Numbered from the stretch's first letter, positions 47,749-57,805 are shown. The stretch: DNA of 64,000 bases from a bacterium (GCA_022711315.1 JAKLFG010000001.1:15886-79885); one strand, 5' to 3'. Translations and numbers: made by a program. The notes: generated from the letters alone by a model not told the origin.

Positions 47749-49202
47749 CAGGGCTCCCCCAAGTGTCTTCGTATCTCTTCACGGTCCGAGAAATGCCGCT
47801 TCTCGGTCCCGATGATCTGATAGTCCTCGGCCCCCTTCCCCGCGACGACGACGACATCCTTTTCACGCATGACCTCTATCGCCCGTCGTATCGCGGCGCT
47901 CCGGTCGGGCACCACCTCGACGCCCTCCGCCCGGGCGATGCCGGTCACGATGTCGGCGATGATGGTGTCGGGCTTTTCGGTGCGCGGATTATCGGAGGTG
48001 ACGATGACCGTGTCGGCGTACCGCGCCGCCACTTCTCCCATGAGCGGCCGTTTTCCCTTGTCGCGGTCGCCGCCGGCGCCGAACACGACGATGAGCCGCC
48101 CCGCGCCGCAGAAATCCTTTGCCGCCGCGAGCACCTTTTCGAGCGCGTCGGGGGAATGGGCGTAGTCCACGAATATCCGGCCGCGGCCACCGATCCGCTC
48201 CATGCGGCCCGGCACCATGACGCCCTCCGCGAGAGCGGCGGCCCGCGCGACATCCATCCACGGCGACACCGCGAGCAATGCGCCGAGCAGGTTGGATATA
48301 TTGAACCGGCCCGGCAGGTCAAGCCGCGCCGCGATATCGGCGCCGCGGTACGAGAGGACAAGATCATAACCGGCGCCGCGGGCATCCATCCGCTTCACCC
48401 ATAGATCAGCGCTTCGATCGGCTATAGAGAATGTGGCGACCGGCCGTGCCCCCCCGATGAGCGCCCGCAGTTCGCGTCCCTTCGGGTCGTCGAGGTTCAG
48501 GACCGCGAGACCGCCGTCGCGCAGATGGTCGTCGAACAGCCGCCGTTTCGCGGCGAAATAGGCCGCTTCGTTCTTGTGATAATCGAGATGGTCGCGCGTG
48601 AAGTTGGTGAATATCGCCGTGTCGAACCGCGTTCCGGCGATGCGGTCCTGATCGAGCGCGTGCGACGACACCTCGCTCGCCACGAAACGGACGCCGTCGC
48701 GGCGCATCGCCGCGAGCGTGCGGTACCAGGTCCACGGGAAGGGCGTCGTGTTCTCGGCGGCCACCTCGGTGCCGCCCCAGCGGTACCCCAGCGTGCCGAT
48801 GCGGCCGGTCGGCGCCAGCGACGAAAGCATCCTTTCGACGATATAGGTCGTGGTGGTCTTGCCGTTCGTCCCGGTGACGCCGACGAGCGAAAGGTGTTCC
48901 TGCGGATCGCCGTAAAGTACCGGCGCGACGGCGCGGACCGCCTTCCAGATATCGGCGACCCGCACATAGCCCGGCACGGCCAGCGGGCGGACGCCGAACG
49001 CCGCTTCCGCGCCGCCGGCGAGCGCCTGCCCGACGAAATCGTGCCCGTCGAACCGCGCGCCCGGCACCGCGAAGAACACCGTGCCCGGCGCCGCGCGGCG
49101 GCTGTCCACGACGATATCCGAGACCTCGTGATCCTGTGCGGTCGTCGCATCGGCGATGATGTCGGCGGCGAGGATCCGCTTGATATCCGACAGCCGCATC
49201 AT
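47748..49202 (-). CDS. murE: UDP-MurNAc-L-Ala-D-Glu--2,6-diaminopimelate ligase
   Basis: GVTGTNGKTTTTY and DNPR (TSDNPRTE). Confidence 0.93.
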   Translation of the reverse strand: MMRLSDIKRILAADIIADATTAQDHEVSDIVVDSRRAAPGTVFFAVPGARFDGHDFVGQALAGGAEAAFGVRPLAVPGYVRVADIWKAVRAVAPVLYGDPQEHLSLVGVTGTNGKTTTTYIVERMLSSLAPTGRIGTLGYRWGGTEVAAENTTPFPWTWYRTLAAMRRDGVRFVASEVSSHALDQDRIAGTRFDTAIFTNFTRDHLDYHKNEAAYFAAKRRLFDDHLRDGGLAVLNLDDPKGRELRALIGGARPVATFSIADRSADLWVKRMDARGAGYDLVLSYRGADIAARLDLPGRFNISNLLGALLAVSPWMDVARAAALAEGVMVPGRMERIGGRGRIFVDYAHSPDALEKVLAAAKDFCGAGRLIVVFGAGGDRDKGKRPLMGEVAARYADTVIVTSDNPRTEKPDTIIADIVTGIARAEGVEVVPDRSAAIRRAIEVMREKDVVVVAGKGAEDYQIIGTEKRHFSDREEIRRHLGEP

Positions 49203-51277
49203 TCCTCCTCTTCCATTGATTCGTCGCTTTCTATGACGACCGAGGTGCCGTACAGCACGCTGTCGCCTCCTTTCGGGAACTGTCGTTTCACCGTCCCCGA
49301 CGCCGAGCCGGACACCACCACATCGAGCCCCGCCTGATTGAGCGTATAAACGGCCCGCGCGACCGGCATCCCTTCGGTCACCGGGATCGCGACCACCTCG
49401 AGCGCCGACACCTCCTCGACGCCCTCGGCGCCTCCCGTTATGGGCGCAAGCGCCTCTTCGGCGGCCATGCGGGGGAACGGCGCTATCTCTTTCGCGTCCT
49501 TTTCACCGTACACGCCGAACAGCGGCAGGACGCGGCGCGCGATCTCGCGGAACACCGGCGCCGCGACGGTCCCGCCGAACTCGCGGCCCTTCGGCTCATC
49601 GATGACCACCATGATGACCAGTTTGGGATTGTCGGCCGGCGCGAACCCGAGAAAGGAGCAGACCGACGCCTCCTTGCTGTACGCCTTCTTGACCGGGTCG
49701 TATTTCTGGCTGGTGCCCGTCTTGCCGCCGACCGGGATGCCTTTCAGTTGCGACGCGCCGCCGGTCCCCTTCGTGACGACCGCGCGAAGCATCGCGAGCA
49801 TCTTCTTATCGACATTGTGTCGCAGATCCATCCGCGTGAACGAGGGAACCAGATCGAGCAGCGGCCGGCCGGTCGCCGGATCGACGATGCGGTCCACGAT
49901 CGTCGGTTGCCAGAACACGCCGCCGTTCACGAGCGCCGACATCGCCCGCGCCATCTGGACCATGTTGACGAGCAATCCCTGTCCGAACGCGATGTTCGCC
50001 TTGCCGATGGGGAACCAGCGCTGGTAGGGGCGGATCGCCTTGAATGATTCGCCCGGCAGTTGCACCCCCGACCGTTCGTTGAAGCCGAACCGCACGAGAT
50101 AGTCGTGCATCTTTTCGGCGGGGAGCCGGTCGACGATGAGCACCGTGCCGATGTTCGACGAATAAACGACCACCTCCTCGAGCGTCATGAGGCCGCGCTT
50201 GTCATGGTCGTTGATGAGCCGGCCGCCGAATTTGAACACGCCGTTGTGCCCGTTGAACATCTCGCCGTCGCGCACGAGATCCTCGTTCATCGCGGCGAGT
50301 ATCGTGAAGGCCTTCATCGTGGAACCGGGTTCGAACAGACTCGATATGGCGTAGTTGCGCCGCTTGTCGAGCGGGACCTTCTGGTATTCCTCGGGGTCGA
50401 AGCCCGGGCTGTTCGCCATCGCGAGTATGCGACCGGTCGCCGGGTCCATGACGACCGCGCCGCCCCAGAGCGCCGGTTTCTTCTCGAGCATCCGGTCGAG
50501 TTCCTCTTCGGCGATCGCCTGTATCGCGCTGTCTATCGTGAGGTAGATATCGCCCGCCTGCCCGCTTTCCAGTTCCTTGTCTATCTCGAGCGCACCCTCG
50601 CCGCTCCCCGGTATGTAGAGCCGGCGCACCTGCAGTTCGCCGCCCGAAAGGTAGCGGTTGAACGAACTCTCGATGCCGCCCAGCCCCTCGCCGCTCTCCT
50701 TGGAGACCCAGCCGAGCACATTCGACAGCATCTTTCCCTGCGGGTAGATGCGGTTGAACCCGTCGACGAGTATCACATAGTTGAGATCGGCGCCCCAGCG
50801 CGCGAGTCGTCGGCGCTCCGACTCGTCGGCGTCGTCGCGGCCCCGCCGCCGCTCCAGTTCCCGCAGGCGGGCGGCGGTCGCCGTCCGCTCCTCGTATACC
50901 GCGCGGACCGTTTCGTAGGGGACATTCTTCCGGAGGTACCGGAAGTTGCTCTTCTTCCCGAGCGTGCGGAACACCTCGGACTCGTTAAGCCCCGCCTCGC
51001 GCGCGAGGAACGCCGCCATCTCCTTTTTCATCTTTATGCCGTTCGGATCGACGGCGAGATCGACGCGCGGCTCCGATATCGCGAGCACCGCGCCGTTGCG
51101 GTCGTAGATGGCGCCGCGCCGCGCCTTTATCTTCTTGACCACCTCGGAGGAGGAGGAGTAGCGGTCGAGTTCCTCGTGCCGTTGTATCTGGATATGATAG
51201 GTCCTATAGAGTACGACGAGAAAAAAGATACCGACCAGCGCCGCGAAGGCGCCGAATATCCGTTTTTCCCGTTTCAT
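49199..51277 (-). CDS. ftsI: Class B penicillin-binding protein (FtsI-type transpeptidase) with C-terminal PASTA-like domain
   Basis: N-terminal TM helix, STMK (SxxK), SSN, KTGT. The C-terminal ~65 aa resemble a PASTA domain. Confidence 0.92.
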   Translation of the reverse strand: MKREKRIFGAFAALVGIFFLVVLYRTYHIQIQRHEELDRYSSSSEVVKKIKARRGAIYDRNGAVLAISEPRVDLAVDPNGIKMKKEMAAFLAREAGLNESEVFRTLGKKSNFRYLRKNVPYETVRAVYEERTATAARLRELERRRGRDDADESERRRLARWGADLNYVILVDGFNRIYPQGKMLSNVLGWVSKESGEGLGGIESSFNRYLSGGELQVRRLYIPGSGEGALEIDKELESGQAGDIYLTIDSAIQAIAEEELDRMLEKKPALWGGAVVMDPATGRILAMANSPGFDPEEYQKVPLDKRRNYAISSLFEPGSTMKAFTILAAMNEDLVRDGEMFNGHNGVFKFGGRLINDHDKRGLMTLEEVVVYSSNIGTVLIVDRLPAEKMHDYLVRFGFNERSGVQLPGESFKAIRPYQRWFPIGKANIAFGQGLLVNMVQMARAMSALVNGGVFWQPTIVDRIVDPATGRPLLDLVPSFTRMDLRHNVDKKMLAMLRAVVTKGTGGASQLKGIPVGGKTGTSQKYDPVKKAYSKEASVCSFLGFAPADNPKLVIMVVIDEPKGREFGGTVAAPVFREIARRVLPLFGVYGEKDAKEIAPFPRMAAEEALAPITGGAEGVEEVSALEVVAIPVTEGMPVARAVYTLNQAGLDVVVSGSASGTVKRQFPKGGDSVLYGTSVVIESDESMEEEE

Positions 51278-51286
51278 CAGCCCACA

Positions 51287-51640
51287 TCAGAAATTCAGTA
51301 CGCGGTCCTTCGTTGCCTGCTGCATGTTCAGGTCTTTCGCCTGCTTCGCCACCGCGGGGGCCGACATGAGCCGCAGGTAGCGCGACTCCAGTTCGGTCTT
51401 GCGGAAGTTGTCGACCCGCAGCGTGTCGGCCGTCGCGCTGATGCGGACCATCTGCGCGTTACGGTAACTTTTCTGGTAGGAGTCGAAGGTCAGGAACAGC
51501 GCGAGCGCCACCGTCCCGGCCATGAACAGCAGGAGCGGCGGCGAGAACAGGTCGAGTTTCGCCTGTACCTTGCGGACTTCGAGAATGACCGGCAGTATCG
51601 TCTCCTTCTTTGACGATCGCACCGGCGCGAGATCGGCCAT
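51287..51640 (-). CDS. ftsL: Cell division protein FtsL-like
   Basis: 117 aa with a single TM helix followed by a coiled-coil-like segment. It sits between rsmH and ftsI. Confidence 0.75.
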   Translation of the reverse strand: MADLAPVRSSKKETILPVILEVRKVQAKLDLFSPPLLLFMAGTVALALFLTFDSYQKSYRNAQMVRISATADTLRVDNFRKTELESRYLRLMSAPAVAKQAKDLNMQQATKDRVLNF

Positions 51641-51661
51641 GGGTCCCCTCCTTCGTATCGT

Positions 51662-52573
51662 TCAGTTCCTTACCAGCACCCGCATCTTCGCGCTCCGCGA
51701 CCGGGGATTGACGAGCACTTCCTCCTCGGTGGGCCGGACCGCCTTCAGCACGGTCACCGGACGCGGCGGCAGGTCGTCGAACGGCTTCGGAAGCGGCACT
51801 TGACCCCGGCGGTCGACGAAGAATCGTTTCACCAGACGGTCCTCGAGCGAATGGAACGATATGACGCCGAGCACCCCGTCGGGGGCGAGCGACACATAGG
51901 CCCGCTCCAGCATCCGTTCGACCTCTCCGAGTTCGTCGTTCACCGCTATGCGCAGGGCCATCAGCGTCTGGGTCGCCGGGTCGATGCGCGCCGGGCGGAA
52001 CCGTTTGGCCGCCGCGATCGCGTCGCGGAACTCCTTCACGGTGCGCTTGCCTTCGGCCGCCGCCTTCTTGAGCGCCCTCGCTACCGTCCGCGATTCGCGC
52101 TCCTCGCCGTACGACGAGAGTATGTCCTGCAGTTCCTTTTCGGTGAGCCGTTTGATGAGGTCGAGCGCGGTCTCCCCGGTGGTCGTGTCCATCCGCATAT
52201 CCATCGGGGCGTCGCTCTTGAAGCCGAAGCCGCGCGCCGGGTCATCGAGTTGATAACTGCTCACGCCGAGGTCGGCGAAGATGAGGTCGGCTTTCCGCAC
52301 CTTGAGAAGGAACAGCCATTTATCCACCTCACCGGCGCGGCCGTGCACCACGGTGACCCGCTCCATGCCGGCGAACTTCTCTCTCAGCCGCGCCACCGCC
52401 TCTTTGTCACGATCGATGAGAATGAGCCGCGCCGCCGGATAGCGCCGCGCGATCTGTTCGGCGTGCCCGCCGCCGCCCGCCGTCAGGTCGACATATACCG
52501 AGACCTGATCGGGCGCCATTCGCGAGAAATCCGCGAGAAGCACCGGACGGTGGCCGCGGTATGAAAGCGACAT
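51662..52573 (-). CDS. rsmH: 16S rRNA (cytosine1402-N4)-methyltransferase
   Basis: HRPVLL, DLTAGGGGHA and SFHSLEDR. Confidence 0.95.
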   Translation of the reverse strand: MSLSYRGHRPVLLADFSRMAPDQVSVYVDLTAGGGGHAEQIARRYPAARLILIDRDKEAVARLREKFAGMERVTVVHGRAGEVDKWLFLLKVRKADLIFADLGVSSYQLDDPARGFGFKSDAPMDMRMDTTTGETALDLIKRLTEKELQDILSSYGEERESRTVARALKKAAAEGKRTVKEFRDAIAAAKRFRPARIDPATQTLMALRIAVNDELGEVERMLERAYVSLAPDGVLGVISFHSLEDRLVKRFFVDRRGQVPLPKPFDDLPPRPVTVLKAVRPTEEEVLVNPRSRSAKMRVLVRN

Positions 52574-52579
52574 GCGGGA

Positions 52580-53056
52580 TCACCCCTTCTGTTCTAGGTT
52601 CTTGGCCCGGTTGAGTATATCGTATATCTGTTCGAATGATGCCGGTGCCATCTTCTCGCGCTCCGCGAGCGACTCTTTTGCCCACACCTCGATGCGGTCG
52701 ATGCACCCGAGAAGCACCGTCTCCTTGTCGATGCCCGCGTACTCCATGAGGTGGCGCGGGATGCGGATGCGGTTCTGCGTGTCGAGTTCCACCTTTTCGG
52801 CGGTCGAGACATACCAGCGGATGAACTGGTCGCGCAACGCACCCTGCGGGAAGGCCCGCTCGATGAGCGCCATCCGCTCGGCCCACGCCGCGGGGCCGTA
52901 CAGTTCGAGGAACTTCGCGTCGGGGCTCATGCCGCGTGCCGCGATGAGCGTCTCGTCGCGCTTGAGGTCGAGCGGCGGGAACCAGTGGGCCGGGAACGGG
53001 AACCGTCCTTTCGCGTCTATTTTGTAGGAATTACGCCCCTGAAAGTAACCGGACAC
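52580..53056 (-). CDS. mraZ: Transcriptional regulator MraZ
   Basis: Two SpoVT/AbrB-type halves (KIDAKGRFPFP and LDTQNRIRIPRHL). I chose the GTG at 53056 behind GGAGA. The extension to 53206 has no MraZ similarity. Confidence 0.88.
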   Translation of the reverse strand: MSGYFQGRNSYKIDAKGRFPFPAHWFPPLDLKRDETLIAARGMSPDAKFLELYGPAAWAERMALIERAFPQGALRDQFIRWYVSTAEKVELDTQNRIRIPRHLMEYAGIDKETVLLGCIDRIEVWAKESLAEREKMAPASFEQIYDILNRAKNLEQKG

Positions 53057-53218
53057 GCTCTTTTGTCTCCACTTGACGACACTTCGAATACAAAATTTAC
53101 CACCGCTCCTCCGGAAAGCAAGAAAAAAATGAAAAAAGTTGGGCCCTAAAATATCGAACGACCGGCGCGCCTGTTTTTCCGGCGCACGGAAATGCTCCTT
53201 CAACAAAAATCAGCAAAC

Positions 53219-53655
53219 TTGCATTGGGAAAACGTGTACGCAAAAACATGGGGAATCTTATGCTAAAAGGGCGGCATCGGATGTATGACGAAGAATTCGA
53301 GGTACGCGCGATGGAGGCGGTGGAAAGGGGAGCGGGTAGCATTGACCGCAGTGGCCAAGGGGATCGGAGTGAGCCTCAAAACACTGAGCGATTGGTGCAA
53401 GAACTACCGGAAAAATGCGTGATCGACCTTCCGAGAACGAAGGAAGGACCTGACACCGGAGCAGAAGCTTATCCGGGAACCGGAAAAGGAACTGAAGAGC
53501 GTCAAGACGGGGTATGAGATATTAAAAAAAGCGGCGGCCATCTTTTCGAAAGCAGCGCAAGGAAGTACGCATTCATCAAAGAGAACCGGTCACGCATGCA
53601 TAGCGAGATATCCTAATGCGACGTCGGGAGAACTTGAACAGAACGGGAAAAAGGC
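53219..53655 (+). pseudogene. Degenerate IS3-family transposase remnant (frameshifted orfA plus truncated 5' end of orfB)
   Basis: Pieces appear in three frames: MLKGRHRMYDEEFEVRAMEAVERG; then VAKGIGVSLKTLSDWCKNYRKNA (HTH); then DLTPEQKLIREPEKELKSVKTGYEILKKAAAIFSK (leucine zipper); then KYAFIKENRSRMHSEIS followed by a stop. The extent is approximate. Confidence 0.7.
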
Positions 53656-53732
53656 TATGATAGGCTTGGCTGCGCGAGAAATTTGTGTGGATTTTTGTTG
53701 GGAAAGATCGTTTTTTATTGAAGGAGGGTAGC

Positions 53733-54911
53733 ATGAAAGGTAAAGTCCATTTCTGTGAACTCGGCGGGAAGGTCAGTGTGGTCGCTGGCCTTCTTATATT
53801 TTCATTATTTCCCATAACGAGCGGTTGTAGCACCTCCAGATCGAAAATGATTGACGACCCGTACTCTAAGACCTGCGATGGCGACAACATGGCCGGTTGC
53901 AATAATCTTGGAGTAATGTATTACAATGGCGAGGGTGTCCCTCAAGACAAAGGAAAAGCTTTTGAGCTATACACCAAAGCCTGCGATGGCGGCGACATGG
54001 CCGGTTGCAACAATCTTGGAGTAATGTATGACACGGGAGACGGGGTTCCACAAAACAAAGAAAAAGCGATTGAACTATACACCAAAGTCTGCGATGGCGG
54101 CGACATGGGCGCTTGCTATAACATTGGACTAATGTATGACAATGGCGCCGGGGTTCCGCAAAACAAAGGAAAAGCGCTTGAACTGTACTCCAAAGCCTGC
54201 GATGGCGGCAACATGGCCGGTTGCAACAATCTTGGGGTAATGTATGACACGGGAGACGGGGTTCCACAAAACAAAGAAAAAGCGCTTGAACTATACACCA
54301 AAGTCTGCGATGGCGGCGAGATGGACGCTTGCTATAATGTTGGACTAATGTATGACAATGGCGCCGGGGTTCCGCAAAACAAAGGAAAAGCGTTTGAACT
54401 GTACTCCAAAGCCTGCGGTGGCGGCCATGGGCTAGGTTGTAACAATCTTGGAGTAATGTATGACACGGGAGACGGGGTTCCACAAAACAAAGAAAAAGCG
54501 CTTGAACTGTACTCCCAAGCCTGCGATGGCGGCGAGATGGGCGCTTGCTATAATATTGGACTAATGTATGACAATGGCGCCGGGGTTCCGCAAAACAAAG
54601 GAAAAGCGGCTGAACTGTACTCCCGAGTCTGTGATGGCGGTGTGGCGAGAGGTTGCGCCAACCTTGGAGTAATGTATAACAATGGCAACGGCGTTCCTGA
54701 AGACAAAGGAAAAGCGGTAGAACTATACTCCAAAGCCTGTGATGGCGGCAATATGGCCGGTTGCAATAATCTTGGACGAATGTATTTCAATGGCAACGGT
54801 GTGTCACCAGACAAGAAAAAAGCCAAAGAACTCTATAAGAAATCATGTGATATGGGCGCGCCCTCTGGATGTGATTTGTTGAAAAAGTTGGAAGGCGAGG
54901 AAAAGGAGTAA
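53733..54911 (+). CDS. Sel1-repeat (Hcp-like, Cys-paired) lipoprotein
   Basis: ATG at 53733 behind AAGGAGGG. Lipobox ITSGC. Nine full repeats and one partial 36-aa Sel1 repeat of the form C..G....GC.NLG.MY..G.GV.Q...KA.ELY.K. Confidence 0.9.
   Translation: MKGKVHFCELGGKVSVVAGLLIFSLFPITSGCSTSRSKMIDDPYSKTCDGDNMAGCNNLGVMYYNGEGVPQDKGKAFELYTKACDGGDMAGCNNLGVMYDTGDGVPQNKEKAIELYTKVCDGGDMGACYNIGLMYDNGAGVPQNKGKALELYSKACDGGNMAGCNNLGVMYDTGDGVPQNKEKALELYTKVCDGGEMDACYNVGLMYDNGAGVPQNKGKAFELYSKACGGGHGLGCNNLGVMYDTGDGVPQNKEKALELYSQACDGGEMGACYNIGLMYDNGAGVPQNKGKAAELYSRVCDGGVARGCANLGVMYNNGNGVPEDKGKAVELYSKACDGGNMAGCNNLGRMYFNGNGVSPDKKKAKELYKKSCDMGAPSGCDLLKKLEGEEKE
53868..54890 (+). repeat. Tandem 108-bp (alternating, effectively 216-bp) coding repeats
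   Basis: Two alternating repeat types (NNLGVMYDTGDGVPQNKEKA and YNIGLMYDNGAGVPQNKGKA) recur with near-identical DNA. Confidence 0.85.
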
Positions 54912-55148
54912 CGCCTGCGCTTTTTTCTCCTATTTTCTTGAAAGGGGCTATCGGAGTCAGGGCGTAAAAAGTATATAACTCGGACCTTGAAAACACCCCT
55001 CCAGAGCATATTTGTATAAATTTGGTTGCCTATCTCGATTTCATTTCGTAGCGGTGAAAACGCCCGGCATCTTCGCCAAAAACTTTACTTGCCCGGCGTC
55101 TCCGGTTTCAATAGCGCGAACATCGGTATCGAACGAAGGGAGGGAGCC

Positions 55149-56069
55149 ATGAGACCGTTGCTTGTCCTGCTTGCCGTTTTTGTTCTGTTCGCCTGCACCG
55201 AAGCGCCCCAGAGCACGGCGGCCAAGATCGCCGCACCCGAGACGACCGCCGTCTGCGAAGGCGACCTCGTGCGCGGCCTCTTTTCGCCCGACGGCGCGGC
55301 GGTCGCCTGCACCGGGGCCAAATACCGCGGGCTGTCGCTCCACTTCCTGCGCGACGGGAAGAAGGCCGTCCTTTCGACCGCCGAGGGCGCGGGCATCGCG
55401 CCGGCATGGTCGCCCGACGGCGCGAACATCGCTTTCCGCGAGAGATACGATACCGCCGACGGCGTCCGCGAACGGATCGTCACCGTGAAGGCGGCCGATC
55501 TTTCCCGCGCGGTCGAGGCCGATGGGCTGACCGTCACGATGCCGCTCTTCTGGCGCGGCGCGCTCACGGCGATCCGTCCCGACACGCTCAGACCGACGCT
55601 CTTCCACGGCCCCGACGCATCCACGCGCATCGCGGCCCTGCCGACCGCGGTGACGACCCCGGCCGGCGTGAAGATACTGCCCGCCCCCGACGCGAAGCCG
55701 GTGGCGCTCGCGGCGGGAAGCCACAGCCCGATCGTGTCGCCCGACGGCCGCTGGGTCTCCTACATCGAAGGGAACGCCGTGCGGCTCTACGACCTCGCGA
55801 GCGGCTCGGACCGGCGGCTCACCGGGGGTTCGCACCCCGTCTGGATGCCCAACGGGCGCGGGCTGGTGGTCGCCGTGACGCGCGACGACGGTCGCGACAT
55901 CGCCGCCGCCACGCTCTATCTCGTATCGCTCGACGGCGCGGCGCGCCGCATCGTGACGGCCCCCGGCGCGATACCGCTCTACCCCGATGTGACCGCCGAC
56001 GGCGCGCGGATACTCTACACCGATCACGCGACGGGACGCATACTCGTCCAGTCGCTCGTGACCGAATGA
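55149..56069 (+). CDS. TolB-like PD40 beta-propeller lipoprotein
   Basis: ATG at 55149 behind GGGAGGGAG. Lipobox FVLFAC. PD40-type repeats include WSPDGANIAFRE, VSPDGRWVSYIE, WMPNGRGLVV and VTADGARILYTD. Confidence 0.75.
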   Translation: MRPLLVLLAVFVLFACTEAPQSTAAKIAAPETTAVCEGDLVRGLFSPDGAAVACTGAKYRGLSLHFLRDGKKAVLSTAEGAGIAPAWSPDGANIAFRERYDTADGVRERIVTVKAADLSRAVEADGLTVTMPLFWRGALTAIRPDTLRPTLFHGPDASTRIAALPTAVTTPAGVKILPAPDAKPVALAAGSHSPIVSPDGRWVSYIEGNAVRLYDLASGSDRRLTGGSHPVWMPNGRGLVVAVTRDDGRDIAAATLYLVSLDGAARRIVTAPGAIPLYPDVTADGARILYTDHATGRILVQSLVTE

Positions 56070-56080
56070 GGGAGGCGGCC

Positions 56081-57805
56081 ATGAGCAGGAACATACTTTT
56101 CCTCCTTGCGCTCCTCTGCTCGCTGACACTCGACGCGTCGCTGTCGGGCAAGAAGATCTGCGTCGATCCGGGGCATGGCGGCACCGATCCCGGCGCGCTC
56201 GGCGTGAACGGCTCGGTCTATCCCGATGAGGCCGACCTCGTGCTCGACATCGACCTGCGGTTCCGCACCCTGCTGACCGCCGACGACGCGTCGGTCCTCA
56301 TGACGCGCGACGCCGACACGACCGTGTCGCTCGCCAACCGCGTCGATCAGGCCAACGCGTGGGGCGCGACCATATTCCTCGCGACCCATCTGAACTCGGC
56401 CGACCTCGCGAGCGCGAGCGGCACCGAGACCTTCGCCTACCAGTCGGGCGGCACGAGCGCGTCGCTCGCGACCACGGTGCAGAACGAACTCATCGACCAC
56501 ATGGGCCGCGTGGACCGCGGCGTCAAATACGAGAGTTTCTATGTCATCAAATACACCGACATGCCGGCGATACTCTCCGAAGGGGTGTTCGTGTCGAACA
56601 GCGGCGATTTTACCTACATCACCTCCGGCGACGGCAAGGAGGCGCACGCGGTGGCGCTCTACCACGCCGTCTGCTCACACTTCGGCGTCACCCCGCAGGA
56701 CCCGGGAAGCGGCGGCGACGACCCCGGCGCGGTCAAGGGGTTCGTCTACAACCTCACGACCGGGCTTGGCAATGTCGAAGGCAACCGCATCGCCGACGCG
56801 ACCGTCACCATCACCCCGACGAGCGGCTCCCCCTCCACGCTCACCACCCCCGCGACCGGCCTGTTCTCCTTCACCGGCGTCGAGCCGGGCGACTACACGC
56901 TGAGCGTCGAGAAAAACGGCTTTGTGACCGCGCAGAAAAGCATCACCGTGACGAGCAACGCCGACACCTGGGCCTCGACCGGCATCGAGGAGGAATCGGC
57001 GCAGGCCACCGCGACGGTCAAGGGCTTCGTGTACGATCTCTCGACGGGGCTCGGCAACATCGAGGAGAACCGCATCGCCGGCGCGACCGTCACCATCAAG
57101 AACAACGCGACGAGCGCTGAAACGATCGTCCCAAGCTCCGAGACCGGCTACTTCTCCTTCGCCGGGCTCGAGGCGGGAAATTATACCCTGACCGTCACGA
57201 AAACCGGCTATCAGAACGCCTCGCGGACGCTCGACCTCGTCGCGGGCGACAACTGGGCCTCGACCGGCATCGAGAAGGAGAGCGGCGTGACGACCGGCGG
57301 CGTGACCGGCACGGTCTACGCGCTCACGATGCTCCTCAACCCGTCAGGCATCGCCGGGGCGACCGTGACGCTGACCCCCGCGGGCGGCGGCGCCGATGAG
57401 GTCGCGACCACCGACGCGAACGGCGCGTTCTCCTTCACCGGCGTCCCGGCGGGCGACCACACGCTCACGGCGGAGGCCTCCGGCTACCAGACGGCACAGA
57501 AGGACATCACGGTCGTCGCGGCCCAGACGCTCGAGATAGGCATCGGACTCTCGCCGATCGGCGGCGCGGACGATGAAGCGCCGACCGACGACGGGCTCGC
57601 GACCGACGACATCACCCTGCCCGACGACCTCCTCCCCGACGAGGAGGAGACGCCCGACGACGAACAGCCCGACGGCGGCGGCGCCGTCGATGTCGAGATG
57701 CCGGCCGCCCATGACGACGCCGGCGCGACGGCCGACGAGGATCTTTTCCCGGAGGGACCGGAGGAGGAAGGCGGCTGCGCCTGCGCACTCGTCGCTCTCC
57801 CATAG
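56081..57805 (+). CDS. N-acetylmuramoyl-L-alanine amidase (Amidase_3) with three CarboxypepD_reg-like repeats, acidic tail and C-terminal GGC motif
   Basis: ATG at 56081 behind GGAGG. ICVDPGHGGTDPGA and TIFLATHLNS. Three ~90-aa repeats (VKGFVY.L.TG...ATVTI...G.FSF.G...G.YTL). A D/E/P-rich tail ends EEGGCACALVALP. The upstream part of ORF 55406..57805 was rejected. Confidence 0.85.
   Translation: MSRNILFLLALLCSLTLDASLSGKKICVDPGHGGTDPGALGVNGSVYPDEADLVLDIDLRFRTLLTADDASVLMTRDADTTVSLANRVDQANAWGATIFLATHLNSADLASASGTETFAYQSGGTSASLATTVQNELIDHMGRVDRGVKYESFYVIKYTDMPAILSEGVFVSNSGDFTYITSGDGKEAHAVALYHAVCSHFGVTPQDPGSGGDDPGAVKGFVYNLTTGLGNVEGNRIADATVTITPTSGSPSTLTTPATGLFSFTGVEPGDYTLSVEKNGFVTAQKSITVTSNADTWASTGIEEESAQATATVKGFVYDLSTGLGNIEENRIAGATVTIKNNATSAETIVPSSETGYFSFAGLEAGNYTLTVTKTGYQNASRTLDLVAGDNWASTGIEKESGVTTGGVTGTVYALTMLLNPSGIAGATVTLTPAGGGADEVATTDANGAFSFTGVPAGDHTLTAEASGYQTAQKDITVVAAQTLEIGIGLSPIGGADDEAPTDDGLATDDITLPDDLLPDEEETPDDEQPDGGGAVDVEMPAAHDDAGATADEDLFPEGPEEEGGCACALVALP

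Noticed and set aside
53057-53206. A long form of MraZ (208 aa).
   Set aside because: The extra 50 residues have no MraZ similarity. GTG 53056 gives a ~158-aa protein that starts just before the first DxKGR-type motif, as in known MraZ proteins.
53224-53517. A 97-aa ORF as a possible functional gene.
   Set aside because: It is a chimera of frames across a frameshifted IS3 orfA, so I annotated it as a pseudogene remnant.
53868-54890. Regular repeats that might be taken for a CRISPR array.
   Set aside because: The period is 108 bp with no unique spacers. The region is a continuous ORF encoding Sel1 repeats.
55406-56080. The upstream 225 codons of ORF 55406..57805.
   Set aside because: It overlaps the TolB-like gene out of frame. 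The amidase clearly starts at ATG 56081, which has an SD and a signal peptide.
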